A stretch of DNA of 57,376 nucleotides. Origin: Mollicutes bacterium. Its GTDB lineage: Bacteria > Bacillota_I > Bacilli_A > RF39 > UBA660. This document shows positions 17,909-27,678 of the stretch, piece by piece (the first letter of the stretch is position 1; each line of letters opens with the position of its first letter). The notes under the pieces were generated by a model. That model searched no databases. It was not told the origin of the DNA and worked only from the letters and a program-made list of their open reading frames with translations. Both the position numbers and the translations under genes were made by a program. The stretch lies in the NCBI GenBank assembly GCA_012837765.1, contig DUQO01000039.1, positions 1-57,376 of the forward strand. Reading direction: 5' to 3'.

Positions 17909-18372
17909 TTTTGTCTCCTTTGTTTAATAGCATTATTTATCAAATGTAATACTATTAAAACTGTTCCGATTATCATTACCGAATCTGCTATATTAAATAT
18001 AGGAAAATAATATGTACCTATTTTGAAAGAAATAAAATCTATTACATAACCATATAAAACACGGTCTATTAAATTACCAATAATTCCACCTAACAATAAA
18101 CCATAGGCTAAAAATTCTACTTTTGTAACCTTTACATCAAGGATAAAATATTTAATGATTGCATATAGCGCTAAAATGGAGATGATTATTAAAAACCACC
18201 TGTTTCCAGAAAACATTCCAAAAGCAGCTCCATCATTTTCTACATAACTTAAATAAAAGAAATCTTTAATAATAGTAATACCCTCTTTAGGTAAAAAATT
18301 ACTAACTAAAAGTTTAACTACTTGATCAATTAAAGACACTATTCCAGCAAGAATAAAAATTCGTTTTTTCAT
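17905..18372 (-). CDS. lspA: Lipoprotein signal peptidase II
   Basis: VENDGAAFG and FNIADS motifs. Start set at ATG 18372 (AAAGGTGG SD). Confidence 0.88.
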   Translation of the reverse strand: MKKRIFILAGIVSLIDQVVKLLVSNFLPKEGITIIKDFFYLSYVENDGAAFGMFSGNRWFLIIISILALYAIIKYFILDVKVTKVEFLAYGLLLGGIIGNLIDRVLYGYVIDFISFKIGTYYFPIFNIADSVMIIGTVLIVLHLINNAIKQRRQK

Positions 18373-18474
18373 TTTAATCACCACCTTTATTATATCAAAT
18401 AAAAGTAAAATAATAAAGTTTGTTTTATATAATAAAAAATACATGTTATAATTATATTGTAAGGAGGAGCAATA

Positions 18475-18708
18475 ATGAGATTTAATGAATTACAAAAATA
18501 TTTACTAAAGGTTTATGCCATTACAATAATTGCTTTAACAGTTATTGTACCAACTCATAGTAGTACTGGCACAACATCTTATAATTTTGTTTTTATCAAT
18601 AATGTTGCAAATGTAAACATTGGATTTATATTAATCGAATATCTTGCTCTTACATTAGCACTAGTTGCTAGTCTTTTTGCAGCATCTGATAGAAAAAACA
18701 AAAAATAA
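18475..18708 (+). CDS. Small hypothetical membrane protein
   Basis: 77 aa with 2-3 hydrophobic segments. Strong SD AAGGAGG. Followed by a terminator. Confidence 0.6.
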   Translation: MRFNELQKYLLKVYAITIIALTVIVPTHSSTGTTSYNFVFINNVANVNIGFILIEYLALTLALVASLFAASDRKNKK

Positions 18709-18722
18709 CATTATATGTTGAG

Positions 18723-18757
18723 AAAACAAGCTCATAATTAAATGAGCTTGTTTTTTT
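18723..18757. terminator. Bidirectional hairpin terminator
   Basis: AAAACAAGCTCAT (18723-18735) / ATGAGCTTGTTTT (18742-18754) plus a T-run. Confidence 0.8.
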
Positions 18758-18770
18758 ATCTCTATAATTA

Positions 18771-19439
18771 TTAAATTTTAATACTAACACCAATCTTATT
18801 TTTTATTTCATTTAATTCATCTTCATTAAAACTGCCAAAGTCTCGTTTACAGATTTGTTCCTTATTATATTGGTAATTTTGAATAAAATATCTTTTTTTA
18901 TCACTGATGTAACTTGCAATCTCTTCAATATCTTCTAATGTATGATTCTCTTTGTTTATAGTTGTTCTAAATTCGTATAATACATTACTATTTTCTATAA
19001 GTTTTATACTTTCTTTTATCTTTTCTAAGTCAACAGCTTTACCAACTGTTACTTGATATTTAGAAAAAGTGTTTTTGATATCCATTGCTATATAATCAAT
19101 AATTCCTTTATCAAATATCTTTTTTAAAAGACTTGGATTAGTACCATTAGTATCCAACTTAACTTTGAATCCAAGTCCTTTAATTGTTTCTATCAAAGAT
19201 ATTAATTCATCACCATAAATTGTTGGTTCACCACCTGTTATAACAACAGCTTTAATAAAGTTTTTGCGCTCTATTAAACTATCTATTACATAAGAAAGAT
19301 TGATCACATCATTTTTTTTATCAACTATTGAGGAATTGTGACAATATGGACAACGAAAATTACAACCACCTAAGAATATAACATACGACACTTCCTTAGG
19401 ATAGTCATTATATGAACTAGGATTTATACCTGCGATCAT
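18771..19439 (-). CDS. nrdG: Anaerobic ribonucleotide reductase activating protein (radical SAM)
   Basis: CNFRCPYCHN cluster motif. Directly downstream of nrdD. Start chosen at ATG 19439 just after the nrdD stop. An upstream alternative at 19499 would overlap nrdD. Confidence 0.8.
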   Translation of the reverse strand: MIAGINPSSYNDYPKEVSYVIFLGGCNFRCPYCHNSSIVDKKNDVINLSYVIDSLIERKNFIKAVVITGGEPTIYGDELISLIETIKGLGFKVKLDTNGTNPSLLKKIFDKGIIDYIAMDIKNTFSKYQVTVGKAVDLEKIKESIKLIENSNVLYEFRTTINKENHTLEDIEEIASYISDKKRYFIQNYQYNKEQICKRDFGSFNEDELNEIKNKIGVSIKI

Positions 19440-19449
19440 TTTGTAACTT

Positions 19450-21543
19450 CTACTGTACAACGTACTCAAGTCTTTCTTTAAATTCTTCAAATTTACCATT
19501 ATTAAATGCTTGAACAGGTCTATAGAAACCTACTACCCTAGTCCAAACTTCAGTATCCCTACCACAATTTGGACACTTGAATTGTTCACCTGCAATATAT
19601 CCATGTTCATCACAAGTAGAGAATGTTGGAGTAATTGAAAAATATGGTAAACGATAATTTTCAAAAACAGTTTTAATTAAATTTTTAGTTACTTCTGGAT
19701 CGTGAATTCTTTCACCTAAATATCCGTGTAAAACTGTTCCACCAGTATATTTTGTTTGTAATTCATCTTGAAGTTTTAAAACTTCAAATAAATCGGTTGT
19801 ATAATCAACTGGTAATTGAGTACTATTTGTATAATATGGTTCATTTTTACCAGCTGTAATAATGTCTGGAAATTGAGCTTTATCAAGTTTAGCTAGTCTA
19901 TAAGTTGTTCCTTCTCCTGGTGTTGCTTCAAGATTATATAAATCTCCACTTTCTTGATATTCTGTTATTACTTCTCTCATATAATCCATTATTTTAAGAG
20001 CAAACTTTTGTCCTTTTTCAGTCGTAATATCTTCAGTATCATTATAGAAGTTTCTTATACATTCATTCATTCCAATAAGACCTATCGTATTAAAATGATT
20101 TTTCCAATATTCACCGAATCTTTCGTAAACTGCTCTTAGATAAAATTTGCTATATGGATATAAATTATCTTTAGTATTCTTTTCTATTACTTTTCGTTTT
20201 ATATTTAAAATGTCCCTTGCTATATCCATCATTTTTCTAAGTCTTTCTTTAAATTCTGTTTCTGTTTTATATAAATAACCTAGACGTGGTAAGTTGATGG
20301 TAATAACACCGATACTTCCGGTAAGTGGATTAGCTCCGAAGAGTCCTCCCCCTCTTTTTCTAAGTTCTCTATTATCAAGACGAAGACGACAGCACATACT
20401 TCTTGCATCTTCTGGTTTCATATCAGAATTAATGAAGTTTGAGAAATATGGGATTCCATACTTACTAGTCATTTTCATAATTTCATGAGCTACTTCACTG
20501 TCCCAATCAAAATCGCTAGTTATATTGTATGTTGGAATTGGGAATGTGAAAACTCTTCCACTAGCATCCCCTTCTACCATTACTTCACAGAAAGCTTTGT
20601 TAAACATATCCATTTCTTTTTGGAATTCACCATATGTTTCATTTTGATATTCACCACCAATAATTACTGGTTTATCTTTTAATAAAGGTGATGGTGTTAA
20701 ATCTAAAGTAATGTTAACAAATGGGGTTTGAAATCCCACCCTTGTTGGAACGCTTAAATTAAAAACAAATTCTTGAACATTTTGTTTAACCTCTTTATAT
20801 GTAAGGTTATCATGTCTGATAAATGGTGCTACATAAGTGTCAAGACTTGATATAGCTTGAGCTCCTGCAGCTTCACCTTGTAATGTATAAAAGAAGTTTA
20901 CTAACTGACCTAATGCTGTTTTTAAATGCTTTGCTGGTTTAGTTTGAGCTTTATTTTTAACTCCAGTAAAACCATTTAATAATAAGTCTTCCATATCCCA
21001 TCCACAACAATAAGGTGCAAGTAGACCTAAATCATGAATATGAATATCACCTTTTTGATGTGCTTCTTTTTGTTCTTTAGTAAATATATGATTTAACCAA
21101 AAGTTCTTTGTAATATCACTTACTATATAATTATTTAAACCTTGTAATGAATAATCCATGTTAGCGTTTTCTTTAACTAACCAATCATCTTTTTTAATGT
21201 AATTACTCATCATTTTTTCAACACTAACACCGGTTTCTTTATCTTTTCTTAACAATTCCCTTTGAAAGCGATATCTTACATAATTTCGTGCCACATCGGT
21301 CATACCTAAATTCATGAGGGTTTCTTCAACTATATTTTGAATTTCTTCCAAATGAACGACTGCTTTATCTTTTTCACTTAATTTGAAGACAACAACATCT
21401 GTTGCTAGAGCACTAAGTTCCTTAACTTTTTCTTCCTGGATATCAGTTCTCGTCCCCATTATAGCTTTAAATATAGCTTGTTCTATTTTTCTTTTATCAA
21501 ACTCCTGTTTTCTACCTGATCTTTTAATAACTGTTTCTAACAT
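19450..21543 (-). CDS. nrdD: Anaerobic (class III) ribonucleoside-triphosphate reductase
   Basis: N-terminal ATP cone. C-terminal Zn ribbon CDEHG...CPNCG and glycyl-radical segment TRVVGFYRPV. 697 aa. Confidence 0.92.
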   Translation of the reverse strand: MLETVIKRSGRKQEFDKRKIEQAIFKAIMGTRTDIQEEKVKELSALATDVVVFKLSEKDKAVVHLEEIQNIVEETLMNLGMTDVARNYVRYRFQRELLRKDKETGVSVEKMMSNYIKKDDWLVKENANMDYSLQGLNNYIVSDITKNFWLNHIFTKEQKEAHQKGDIHIHDLGLLAPYCCGWDMEDLLLNGFTGVKNKAQTKPAKHLKTALGQLVNFFYTLQGEAAGAQAISSLDTYVAPFIRHDNLTYKEVKQNVQEFVFNLSVPTRVGFQTPFVNITLDLTPSPLLKDKPVIIGGEYQNETYGEFQKEMDMFNKAFCEVMVEGDASGRVFTFPIPTYNITSDFDWDSEVAHEIMKMTSKYGIPYFSNFINSDMKPEDARSMCCRLRLDNRELRKRGGGLFGANPLTGSIGVITINLPRLGYLYKTETEFKERLRKMMDIARDILNIKRKVIEKNTKDNLYPYSKFYLRAVYERFGEYWKNHFNTIGLIGMNECIRNFYNDTEDITTEKGQKFALKIMDYMREVITEYQESGDLYNLEATPGEGTTYRLAKLDKAQFPDIITAGKNEPYYTNSTQLPVDYTTDLFEVLKLQDELQTKYTGGTVLHGYLGERIHDPEVTKNLIKTVFENYRLPYFSITPTFSTCDEHGYIAGEQFKCPNCGRDTEVWTRVVGFYRPVQAFNNGKFEEFKERLEYVVQ

Positions 21544-21556
21544 AATATACCTCTTT

Positions 21557-22006
21557 CTATTTTAATAATTCTTTCATCTCTTTTACAAAAACATTAATAT
21601 CTTTAAATTGCCTATATACAGATGCAAATCTTACATATGCAATTTCATCTAATTCCTTTAAGTACCCCATTACCATTTCGCCTATTTCAGAACTGTTAAC
21701 TTCTTTTTTCATGCTGTTTCTTATTCTTTGTTCTATCTTATTAACAATCTCCTCAATTTTATCGATCGAAATGGGTCTTTTTTCACAAGCCTTTAAAAGG
21801 CCATTTATAATTTTATCCCTATCGAAAGGTTGTCTTATTTTACTTTTCTTAATTACCATAATAGGTATTTCCTCTATTTTTTCATAAGTAGTAAAACGAT
21901 AATGACAACTATCACACTCTCTTCTTCGTCTTATAGTGTTTCCTTCCTCGGATGGTCTTGAATCTAATACTTTGGTATCAAGATAACCACAATCTGGACA
22001 TTTCAG
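21557..22006 (-). CDS. nrdR: Transcriptional repressor NrdR, full length only if initiated at CTG 22006
   Basis: The track ORF (100 aa from ATG 21859) has only the ATP cone. The 49 in-frame codons upstream read (L/M)[48 protein letters not shown], the NrdR zinc ribbon. The frame is closed by TGA at 22013-22015. It contains only TTA TTA CTG before AAA TGT. GGGAGGAG SD lies about 9 nt upstream of CTG. Confidence 0.8.
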   Translation of the reverse strand: MKCPDCGYLDTKVLDSRPSEEGNTIRRRRECDSCHYRFTTYEKIEEIPIMVIKKSKIRQPFDRDKIINGLLKACEKRPISIDKIEEIVNKIEQRIRNSMKKEVNSSEIGEMVMGYLKELDEIAYVRFASVYRQFKDINVFVKEMKELLK

Positions 22007-22060
22007 TAATAATCACTCCTCCCTCTGCAATACAATTTGTAGTATGCCAATTGCAAAAAT

Positions 22061-22116
22061 ACTACTATATGTTGTGCTTACAATATAAGTATATTGTTTT
22101 TATTTTTTCTTGTCAA
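22061..22116 (-). promoter_or_regulatory. Putative nrdR-nrdDG promoter with NrdR-box-like palindromes
   Basis: On the minus strand: TTGACA (22111-22116), 17-nt spacer, TATACT (22088-22093). Palindrome ACAATATAcTTATATTGT (22080-22097) covers the -10. A second AT-rich 16-mer, CACAACATATAGTAGT (22061-76), lies downstream. Confidence 0.45.
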
Positions 22117-22152
22117 CATTTTATAATGGTTTTATTTATTAATTTGTTAAAA

Positions 22153-22184
22153 CAAAAAAGAACCCTTTCTAATCAAGGATTCTC
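22153..22184 (-). terminator. Probable uvrC terminator
   Basis: AGAACCCTT / AAGGATTCT stem with one mismatch, then a T-run on the minus strand. About 95 nt after the uvrC stop. Confidence 0.5.
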
Positions 22185-22276
22185 AACTTGTAAATTGACC
22201 GTCAACAGTATATGTCAAATTTTGTTGAATTTTGTCTTTTTAAATTTTTTTCTACTTTATTGCCCATCTTAAAAAA

Positions 22277-24031
22277 TTACTGTTTTTGGAAAAAAATAAC
22301 AATTTCTTCTGCAACACGACGTGGCAAAATGGCACTAAGTTCTTCAACACTCGCTTCTTTTATTTTGTTTAAAGAACCAAATTTCTTTAATAAGGCCTTC
22401 TTCCTTTTTTCACCGACACCAGCTATATTATCTAAGACACTTTCTAAAGCTCCTTTACTTCTTATATCTTTATGATACCTTATAGTAAAATTATGAACTT
22501 CATTTTGCATTCTTTCTAACAAGTGAAAAACAGAAGAATGCGGATCAATTGGTATTTCTTTTCCTTTATATAATAAAGCCTTGGTTTTATGTTTTTCATT
22601 CTTTTTAAGACCACATATAGGAATATCCATCTCTAACATATCAAGCATTCTAGATGCTGCTTCAATTTGAATTTTACCTCCGTCTACAACAATTAAATCA
22701 GGAGCTTCTAACTTTTCCATTAAGACTCTATGATATCTTCTATAAATTACTTCTTTCATCAAATTAAAGTCATCTGCTTTATCACTAGTTATTTTAAATT
22801 TACGATACTCCCTTTTAGCAGGTTTTCCATCAATAAAGACAACCATCCCACTGACTGAAAACGTTCCGAAAAGATGTGAATTATCAAAAATCTCAACCCT
22901 ACTTAAATTATCAATTGAAAGTAATTCGCCCAGCGCCCTTGAAGCTTTATAATTGCGTTCCTCATTTCTATTTTCAAGTTCCACCTTTTCATCAAGTCCA
23001 ATTCGAGCATTTTTCATAGCCATATCTAATAATTGTCTTTTTTTGCCCCTTTGTGGGGTAATGGTTTTTATACCTAAAACATCACTTACTAATTTAGAGT
23101 TTATTATATCTGGTACCAAAATTTCCTTTGGTTTTAAATTGTTACTATCATAAAAAGAGCATATATAATATGTAAGAGCTTCTTCGTCTAAATCAAGAAG
23201 TGGATATAGTGTTGAATCTCGTTCCACCAATTTTCCACTTCTAATATGAAACACTTGAATTGCAATATAATTATTATCACTTGCATAACCAAATACATCA
23301 CGATCAACACTATCATTTAAATCAATAAGCTGTTTTTTTGATATAACTGCTATATCGTCTAATAAAGCCTTCATTTCAGAGGCTCTTTCAAAATTTAAAT
23401 TATCAGAAGCTTTATACATTTCAGATTCTATACTTTTAATTAAACCATCTTCATTTCCTTTTAAAAACTTGATTATTTCATCAGTCATATTTTTTATTGT
23501 TTTATTATCAATTTTGTGTATACAATAACCTGCACATTGTTTTATATGATAATATAAACACTCTTTAGAAGGAATTGTACGACACTTTCTTAAAGGGTAT
23601 ATTCTATTTAACATATTAACAATTTTTCTTGCAGCATAAGCATTTGGATACGGACCAAAAAGTCTTGAATTTTTTTTGCGTCTTAGGTGATCTCTTACGA
23701 CTAAAAGTCTAGGATATTGTTCATTTGTTAATTCAATATATGGATATGTTTTGTCATCTCTAAGCATAATGTTATATTTGGGATTATGTTTTTTGATAAG
23801 ATTTAATTCAAGAATCAAAGCTTCTTCTTCTGTTTTGGTAACGATATATTCAAAATCAACAATATTTTCTACTAAAGCTTTAGTTTTACCAGTATGTTCC
23901 CGATTAAAATATGTTACAACCCTCTTTTTTAAATCCTTTGCTTTTCCAACATATATAATAGTTCCTTTATTATTCTTCATTAAATAACAACCAGGTAAAT
24001 GTGGTAACAATTGTAACTTTTCTTTTATCAT
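22277..24031 (-). CDS. uvrC: Excinuclease ABC subunit C
   Basis: GIY-YIG N-terminus (PGCYLMKN...IIYVGKAKDLKKRV), UVR domain, and C-terminal HhH (GVGEKRKKALLKKFGS). Start at ATG 24031 with an AAAGGAGG SD. Confidence 0.92.
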   Translation of the reverse strand: MIKEKLQLLPHLPGCYLMKNNKGTIIYVGKAKDLKKRVVTYFNREHTGKTKALVENIVDFEYIVTKTEEEALILELNLIKKHNPKYNIMLRDDKTYPYIELTNEQYPRLLVVRDHLRRKKNSRLFGPYPNAYAARKIVNMLNRIYPLRKCRTIPSKECLYYHIKQCAGYCIHKIDNKTIKNMTDEIIKFLKGNEDGLIKSIESEMYKASDNLNFERASEMKALLDDIAVISKKQLIDLNDSVDRDVFGYASDNNYIAIQVFHIRSGKLVERDSTLYPLLDLDEEALTYYICSFYDSNNLKPKEILVPDIINSKLVSDVLGIKTITPQRGKKRQLLDMAMKNARIGLDEKVELENRNEERNYKASRALGELLSIDNLSRVEIFDNSHLFGTFSVSGMVVFIDGKPAKREYRKFKITSDKADDFNLMKEVIYRRYHRVLMEKLEAPDLIVVDGGKIQIEAASRMLDMLEMDIPICGLKKNEKHKTKALLYKGKEIPIDPHSSVFHLLERMQNEVHNFTIRYHKDIRSKGALESVLDNIAGVGEKRKKALLKKFGSLNKIKEASVEELSAILPRRVAEEIVIFFQKQ

Positions 24032-24074
24032 AATAGCACCTCCTTTCATAACATTATATCATGGTCTACTAAAT

Positions 24075-24106
24075 AAAAAATAGGGTTTTTATTCTTCCCT
24101 ATTTTT
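24075..24106 (-). terminator. Rho-independent terminator of the CDP-alcohol transferase gene
   Basis: AAAATAGGG (24077-24085) / CCCTATTTT (24097-24105). T-run on the minus strand. Confidence 0.65.
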
Positions 24107-24115
24107 ATGATGATT

Positions 24116-24940
24116 TCAAATTCTTTTAACATGCTCTTTTTCTTCTTCAACATTAGAAAAATCTTGAATATGAGAATTTTCTTGTAACTCAATTGGTTCA
24201 TTTTTGATTTTTTCTAATATTTTTTTATCCAAAGCATCTGAACGCTTATCAAGTTTATTAAATTTTTCTAATAATTCCTTAGCTTTCTTTAATTTTCCTA
24301 GTTCATTATTTGTAACGTTACATTCTATTGATGATTCAATCTTATATCTTTTTTTGTCAACATAGTATTCTGTTGCATATCTTGAAATAACAGGTAGTTC
24401 AGCAACAGTTACTCCTATGATAAAAGCTGATGCTGGTATAGAAAGTAACGGAACCAAAGCTGATGTATAAGCTAAAGAAGCAGCTAAAACCATAATAACG
24501 GCTTTCTTTCTACCTATTCTAGATACTTTTAATTCGTCAGCTGTTTCAACAAATAATTTTGTTTTATCTAACATTGTTAATTTAGACATATCAATATTTT
24601 TATCTTTTATATTATTTATTGTATGAGCTACCGTGATTCCAGCTATAGCAGCCTCAGATGCAACAAGACCTAAAAGAAGTGGATTTACAAAAACCGATGT
24701 ACATCCAAGTGCAAGTAAATTAAAACATTTATCAGCAATTGGATCGACAATTTTACCGTATCTTGATTCAACCTTCCATTTTCTTGCTAAATAACCATCT
24801 AAGGCATCTGTAGCATTACCCGATAGAAAATAAAGTAATTTTTTAGATATACTAAATTGTGGAAAAACAAAGGGCATTACTACAGCCATACCAAGTCTTA
24901 TAGTAGATAAAACATTTGGAACATATTTTTTTACTGTCAT
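24116..24940 (-). CDS. CDP-alcohol phosphatidyltransferase family protein with a long charged C-terminal extension
   Basis: DALDGYLARKWKVESRYGKIVDPIADK, i.e. the D-x2-DG-x2-AR...G-x3-D-x3-D motif. Multi-TM. About 80-aa K/E-rich tail. ATG 24940 has an AAAGGAAG SD. Confidence 0.8.
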   Translation of the reverse strand: MTVKKYVPNVLSTIRLGMAVVMPFVFPQFSISKKLLYFLSGNATDALDGYLARKWKVESRYGKIVDPIADKCFNLLALGCTSVFVNPLLLGLVASEAAIAGITVAHTINNIKDKNIDMSKLTMLDKTKLFVETADELKVSRIGRKKAVIMVLAASLAYTSALVPLLSIPASAFIIGVTVAELPVISRYATEYYVDKKRYKIESSIECNVTNNELGKLKKAKELLEKFNKLDKRSDALDKKILEKIKNEPIELQENSHIQDFSNVEEEKEHVKRI

Positions 24941-25035
24941 AATATCGCTTCCTTTAGGCAATATATTCTACTACAAAAATATAGATTGTCAAATATTTTC
25001 TACAACAAACAATTATCTTTGTTTGCTAAACAATA

Positions 25036-25064
25036 AAATATATGATAAAATACATATGATTTTT
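25036..25064 (+). promoter_or_regulatory. Putative def promoter
   Basis: TTGCTA, 17-nt spacer, TGaTAAAAT read upstream of the GAGGTGA SD. Coordinates are approximate. Confidence 0.4.
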
Positions 25065-25077
25065 TGAGGTGATGTAA

Positions 25078-25626
25078 ATGTTAGTGACAAAAGATATATT
25101 AGATGAAAAGGATCCTCGCTTACGTAAAATAAGTGAAGAGGTAACTTTCCCTATGTCTAAAAAAGATATAGATTTAATTAATGATATGCTAGAACATCTT
25201 ATAAATAGTCAAACTGAAGAGATGGCTAAAAAATATGATCTAAGACCTGGGATGGGACTTGCTGCTATACAACTTGGTGTTAATAAGAGATATTTTGTAA
25301 TTGCTCATGAACAAGAAAATAAAACATTTAATAAATACATCATTATAAATCCTAAAATTATTAGTCATTCAGAAGAACTTATATATGCTGGCGGAGGTGA
25401 AGGATGTCTTAGCGTCAATCGTGAAATCGAAGGGATCATACCACGATACGCAAGATTAAAAATTCAATATCAAGATATCAATGGAAACACTCATATTCTT
25501 AGAGCAAGAGAAGAACTATCCATTGCCATTCAACACGAAATAGATCATTTAAATGGAATCCTTTTTATTGATAAAATAGACAAAGATAATCCATTTAAAG
25601 ATGAAGATAAAATGAGGATGATTTAA
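25078..25626 (+). CDS. def: Peptide deformylase
   Basis: GLAAIQLG, EGCLS and QHEIDHLNG motifs. Confidence 0.93.
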   Translation: MLVTKDILDEKDPRLRKISEEVTFPMSKKDIDLINDMLEHLINSQTEEMAKKYDLRPGMGLAAIQLGVNKRYFVIAHEQENKTFNKYIIINPKIISHSEELIYAGGGEGCLSVNREIEGIIPRYARLKIQYQDINGNTHILRAREELSIAIQHEIDHLNGILFIDKIDKDNPFKDEDKMRMI

Positions 25627-25666
25627 AAAAGTAGATGCTTAACAAAATGCATCTACTTTCTTTTTT
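25625..25666. terminator. Bidirectional hairpin terminator between def and the convergent GT2 gene
   Basis: AAAGTAGATGC (25628-25638) / GCATCTACTTT (25649-25659) plus a T-run. The GT2 stop codon lies in the loop. Confidence 0.75.
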
Positions 25667-26703
25667 AACTTCTCATCTTCTATTTTATAAGAATGAAAAG
25701 TATTTAAAAATTTAAATCCCTTGTCTATTAAATTTATATTACTTATTAAAGCAAGATAACGATAATATCTTTTTTGTTTTTTAAATATTGAAATTATTAT
25801 TTTAGATTTAGGTTTAACTTTAGTTATAGATAGTTCTTCTATCAATTGAAGATACTCTTTTACATATTTATATTTATTAAAACTTGATATCATCATTTTT
25901 GGTATTTTCATCAATATAATAACAATAATATCATCTACTATAACATTATCAACTACCTGTTTTATCTTATCATTATTTTGGTTGTATATCTCTTTTGTTT
26001 TTCTTGCCACATGAAGATAATCCATATGATTAGTACTAATAGTATTTATAAGTGAATAAGGTCTTTGTACATAATTATAAAAAACATCATTTACATAAAC
26101 ATATTTATTTATATTAGCTTTTATTTGATGATTGAATAAAGAATCTTCATAACATCTGACGTTTTCATCAAATCTAATATCACCTATAACACTTCTTTTA
26201 TATAATTTACCAGTTACATATCTTGGCATCGTAATGCATCTTACATCATCGTTCATATTATTTAAAATTAAATCTTTCTTAAGTTTTTTTCGTTCCAAGA
26301 AAGTAAGTATTTTAGTATTTCTTTTATACCAGTACAATCTTTCTGTATCAACAACATCAGCATCATATTTTAATGTTGCTTCCACTAGCTTTTTAATACA
26401 TTTCTTATCAACAAAATCATCACTATCAATAAAAAAGATATAATCTCCTGTAGCTTTATCAAGTCCCACGTTTCTAGCATGACTTACACCGTCATTTTCC
26501 TTTAACTTGATAATTTTAATATTCTTGTGTTTCTCTTTATACTTTTTTAGTAACGCTAGTGAATTATCTGTACTTTTATCGTCAACTAAAATAATTTCAA
26601 TGTTTTTATATGTCTGAGAAACTATACTATCTAAGCATAACGAAAGATACTTCGATGCATTATAGATCGGAATAATGACACTTACTTTAATCACTTTAAC
26701 CAC
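25639..26703 (-). CDS. Family 2 glycosyltransferase
   Basis: VSVIIPIYNASKYL, VDDKSTD and FIDSDD motifs. GTG start at 26703 or 26694, both with SD-like GGTG upstream. Confidence 0.8.
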   Translation of the reverse strand: MVKVIKVSVIIPIYNASKYLSLCLDSIVSQTYKNIEIILVDDKSTDNSLALLKKYKEKHKNIKIIKLKENDGVSHARNVGLDKATGDYIFFIDSDDFVDKKCIKKLVEATLKYDADVVDTERLYWYKRNTKILTFLERKKLKKDLILNNMNDDVRCITMPRYVTGKLYKRSVIGDIRFDENVRCYEDSLFNHQIKANINKYVYVNDVFYNYVQRPYSLINTISTNHMDYLHVARKTKEIYNQNNDKIKQVVDNVIVDDIIVIILMKIPKMMISSFNKYKYVKEYLQLIEELSITKVKPKSKIIISIFKKQKRYYRYLALISNINLIDKGFKFLNTFHSYKIEDEKLKKKVDAFC

Positions 26704-26737
26704 CTTACACCTTTATATAAACATTATATCATGATTT

Positions 26738-27391
26738 TTATTTATTTTTGGCATAATTTTGACAACTTAAAAAAAAGGAATCGAACAGTTTTTTGCTATC
26801 CTCATCATACTCTATCATATCTTCTGGATGCCACTGTACTCCTATGCAAAATGTTTTTTCTTCTACTTCAACAGCTTCTATAACATTGTCATGCAATCCT
26901 GAAACTTGTACTGTTAAAGGATTTATTATCTGCTGTTCATGTCTACTGTTTACTTCTATCTTATTTTTTTTCATAATTTTATAAAGTTTAGAGTTTTCAT
27001 TTAATATAACATCATGAACATATGGTATCCCATCTTTTTTGTGATTAGATACATCAGTTAGACTTGCACCATAAGCTGCTGTAATAGACTGCATACCTAA
27101 ACATATACCTAATACCGGAATATCTTTTTCAAGGATATACTTAATAGCTTCTATATCATATTGATAGAAATCAGAGCCACCCTGCAAAATAATACCATCG
27201 CACAAATCAATAAGCTTACAAATTTTTTTAACCTCTTCTTGCTTTATATCACTCAATACATTTGTTACAGGCGGAATAATACCTAATGGAATGCTATCAT
27301 ACTTTATGATAACATCTGTTACTCCTTTAGAAAAAATATTATATTCTCTTTCATTTGCTTTTTTTGGACGCCCCAAAATTCCTATTATCAT
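26738..27391 (-). CDS. Class I glutamine amidotransferase-like / gamma-glutamyl hydrolase (peptidase C26) protein
   Basis: GICLGMQ nucleophile elbow. QWHPE near the C-terminus. Confidence 0.75.
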   Translation of the reverse strand: MIIGILGRPKKANEREYNIFSKGVTDVIIKYDSIPLGIIPPVTNVLSDIKQEEVKKICKLIDLCDGIILQGGSDFYQYDIEAIKYILEKDIPVLGICLGMQSITAAYGASLTDVSNHKKDGIPYVHDVILNENSKLYKIMKKNKIEVNSRHEQQIINPLTVQVSGLHDNVIEAVEVEEKTFCIGVQWHPEDMIEYDEDSKKLFDSFFLSCQNYAKNK

Positions 27392-27420
27392 ATTTTACTC
27401 CTTTTAATAAAAAGCAATGA

Positions 27421-27639
27421 TTATAAGTGTTTATTCATTGCTTTCATCATTTGATTAATTTGTTTTTGAGATGGCGTTCTTCCCATCTGTTGCATCATCA
27501 TCTTAATCATTTGTTCATTTATAGGTGGATTATCCTTAATATATTTTTTCATATATTTACGTGCTACTAAAAAACCTATTACAGCACCAATTATAAGACC
27601 TATTAAAACATATAAAATATCTAAAAAAAGTTCCATCAT
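27421..27639 (-). CDS. yneF: UPF0154 family small membrane protein (YneF-like)
   Basis: One TM segment, then [43 protein letters not shown], which matches the YneF pattern. Same locus context as B. subtilis yneF. Confidence 0.8.
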   Translation of the reverse strand: MMELFLDILYVLIGLIIGAVIGFLVARKYMKKYIKDNPPINEQMIKMMMQQMGRTPSQKQINQMMKAMNKHL

Positions 27640-27678
27640 TTTCCTCCTAACACTAACATTTTACTAAAAATATTAACT

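Noticed and set aside
22202-22267. 21-aa ORF (MGNKVEKNLKRQNSTKFDIYC) starting 9 nt after the uvrC stop, within the uvrC 3' UTR.
   Set aside because: It has no SD (upstream sequence is TTTTTTAAG), a hydrophilic low-information sequence and no separate promoter. It is most likely chance.
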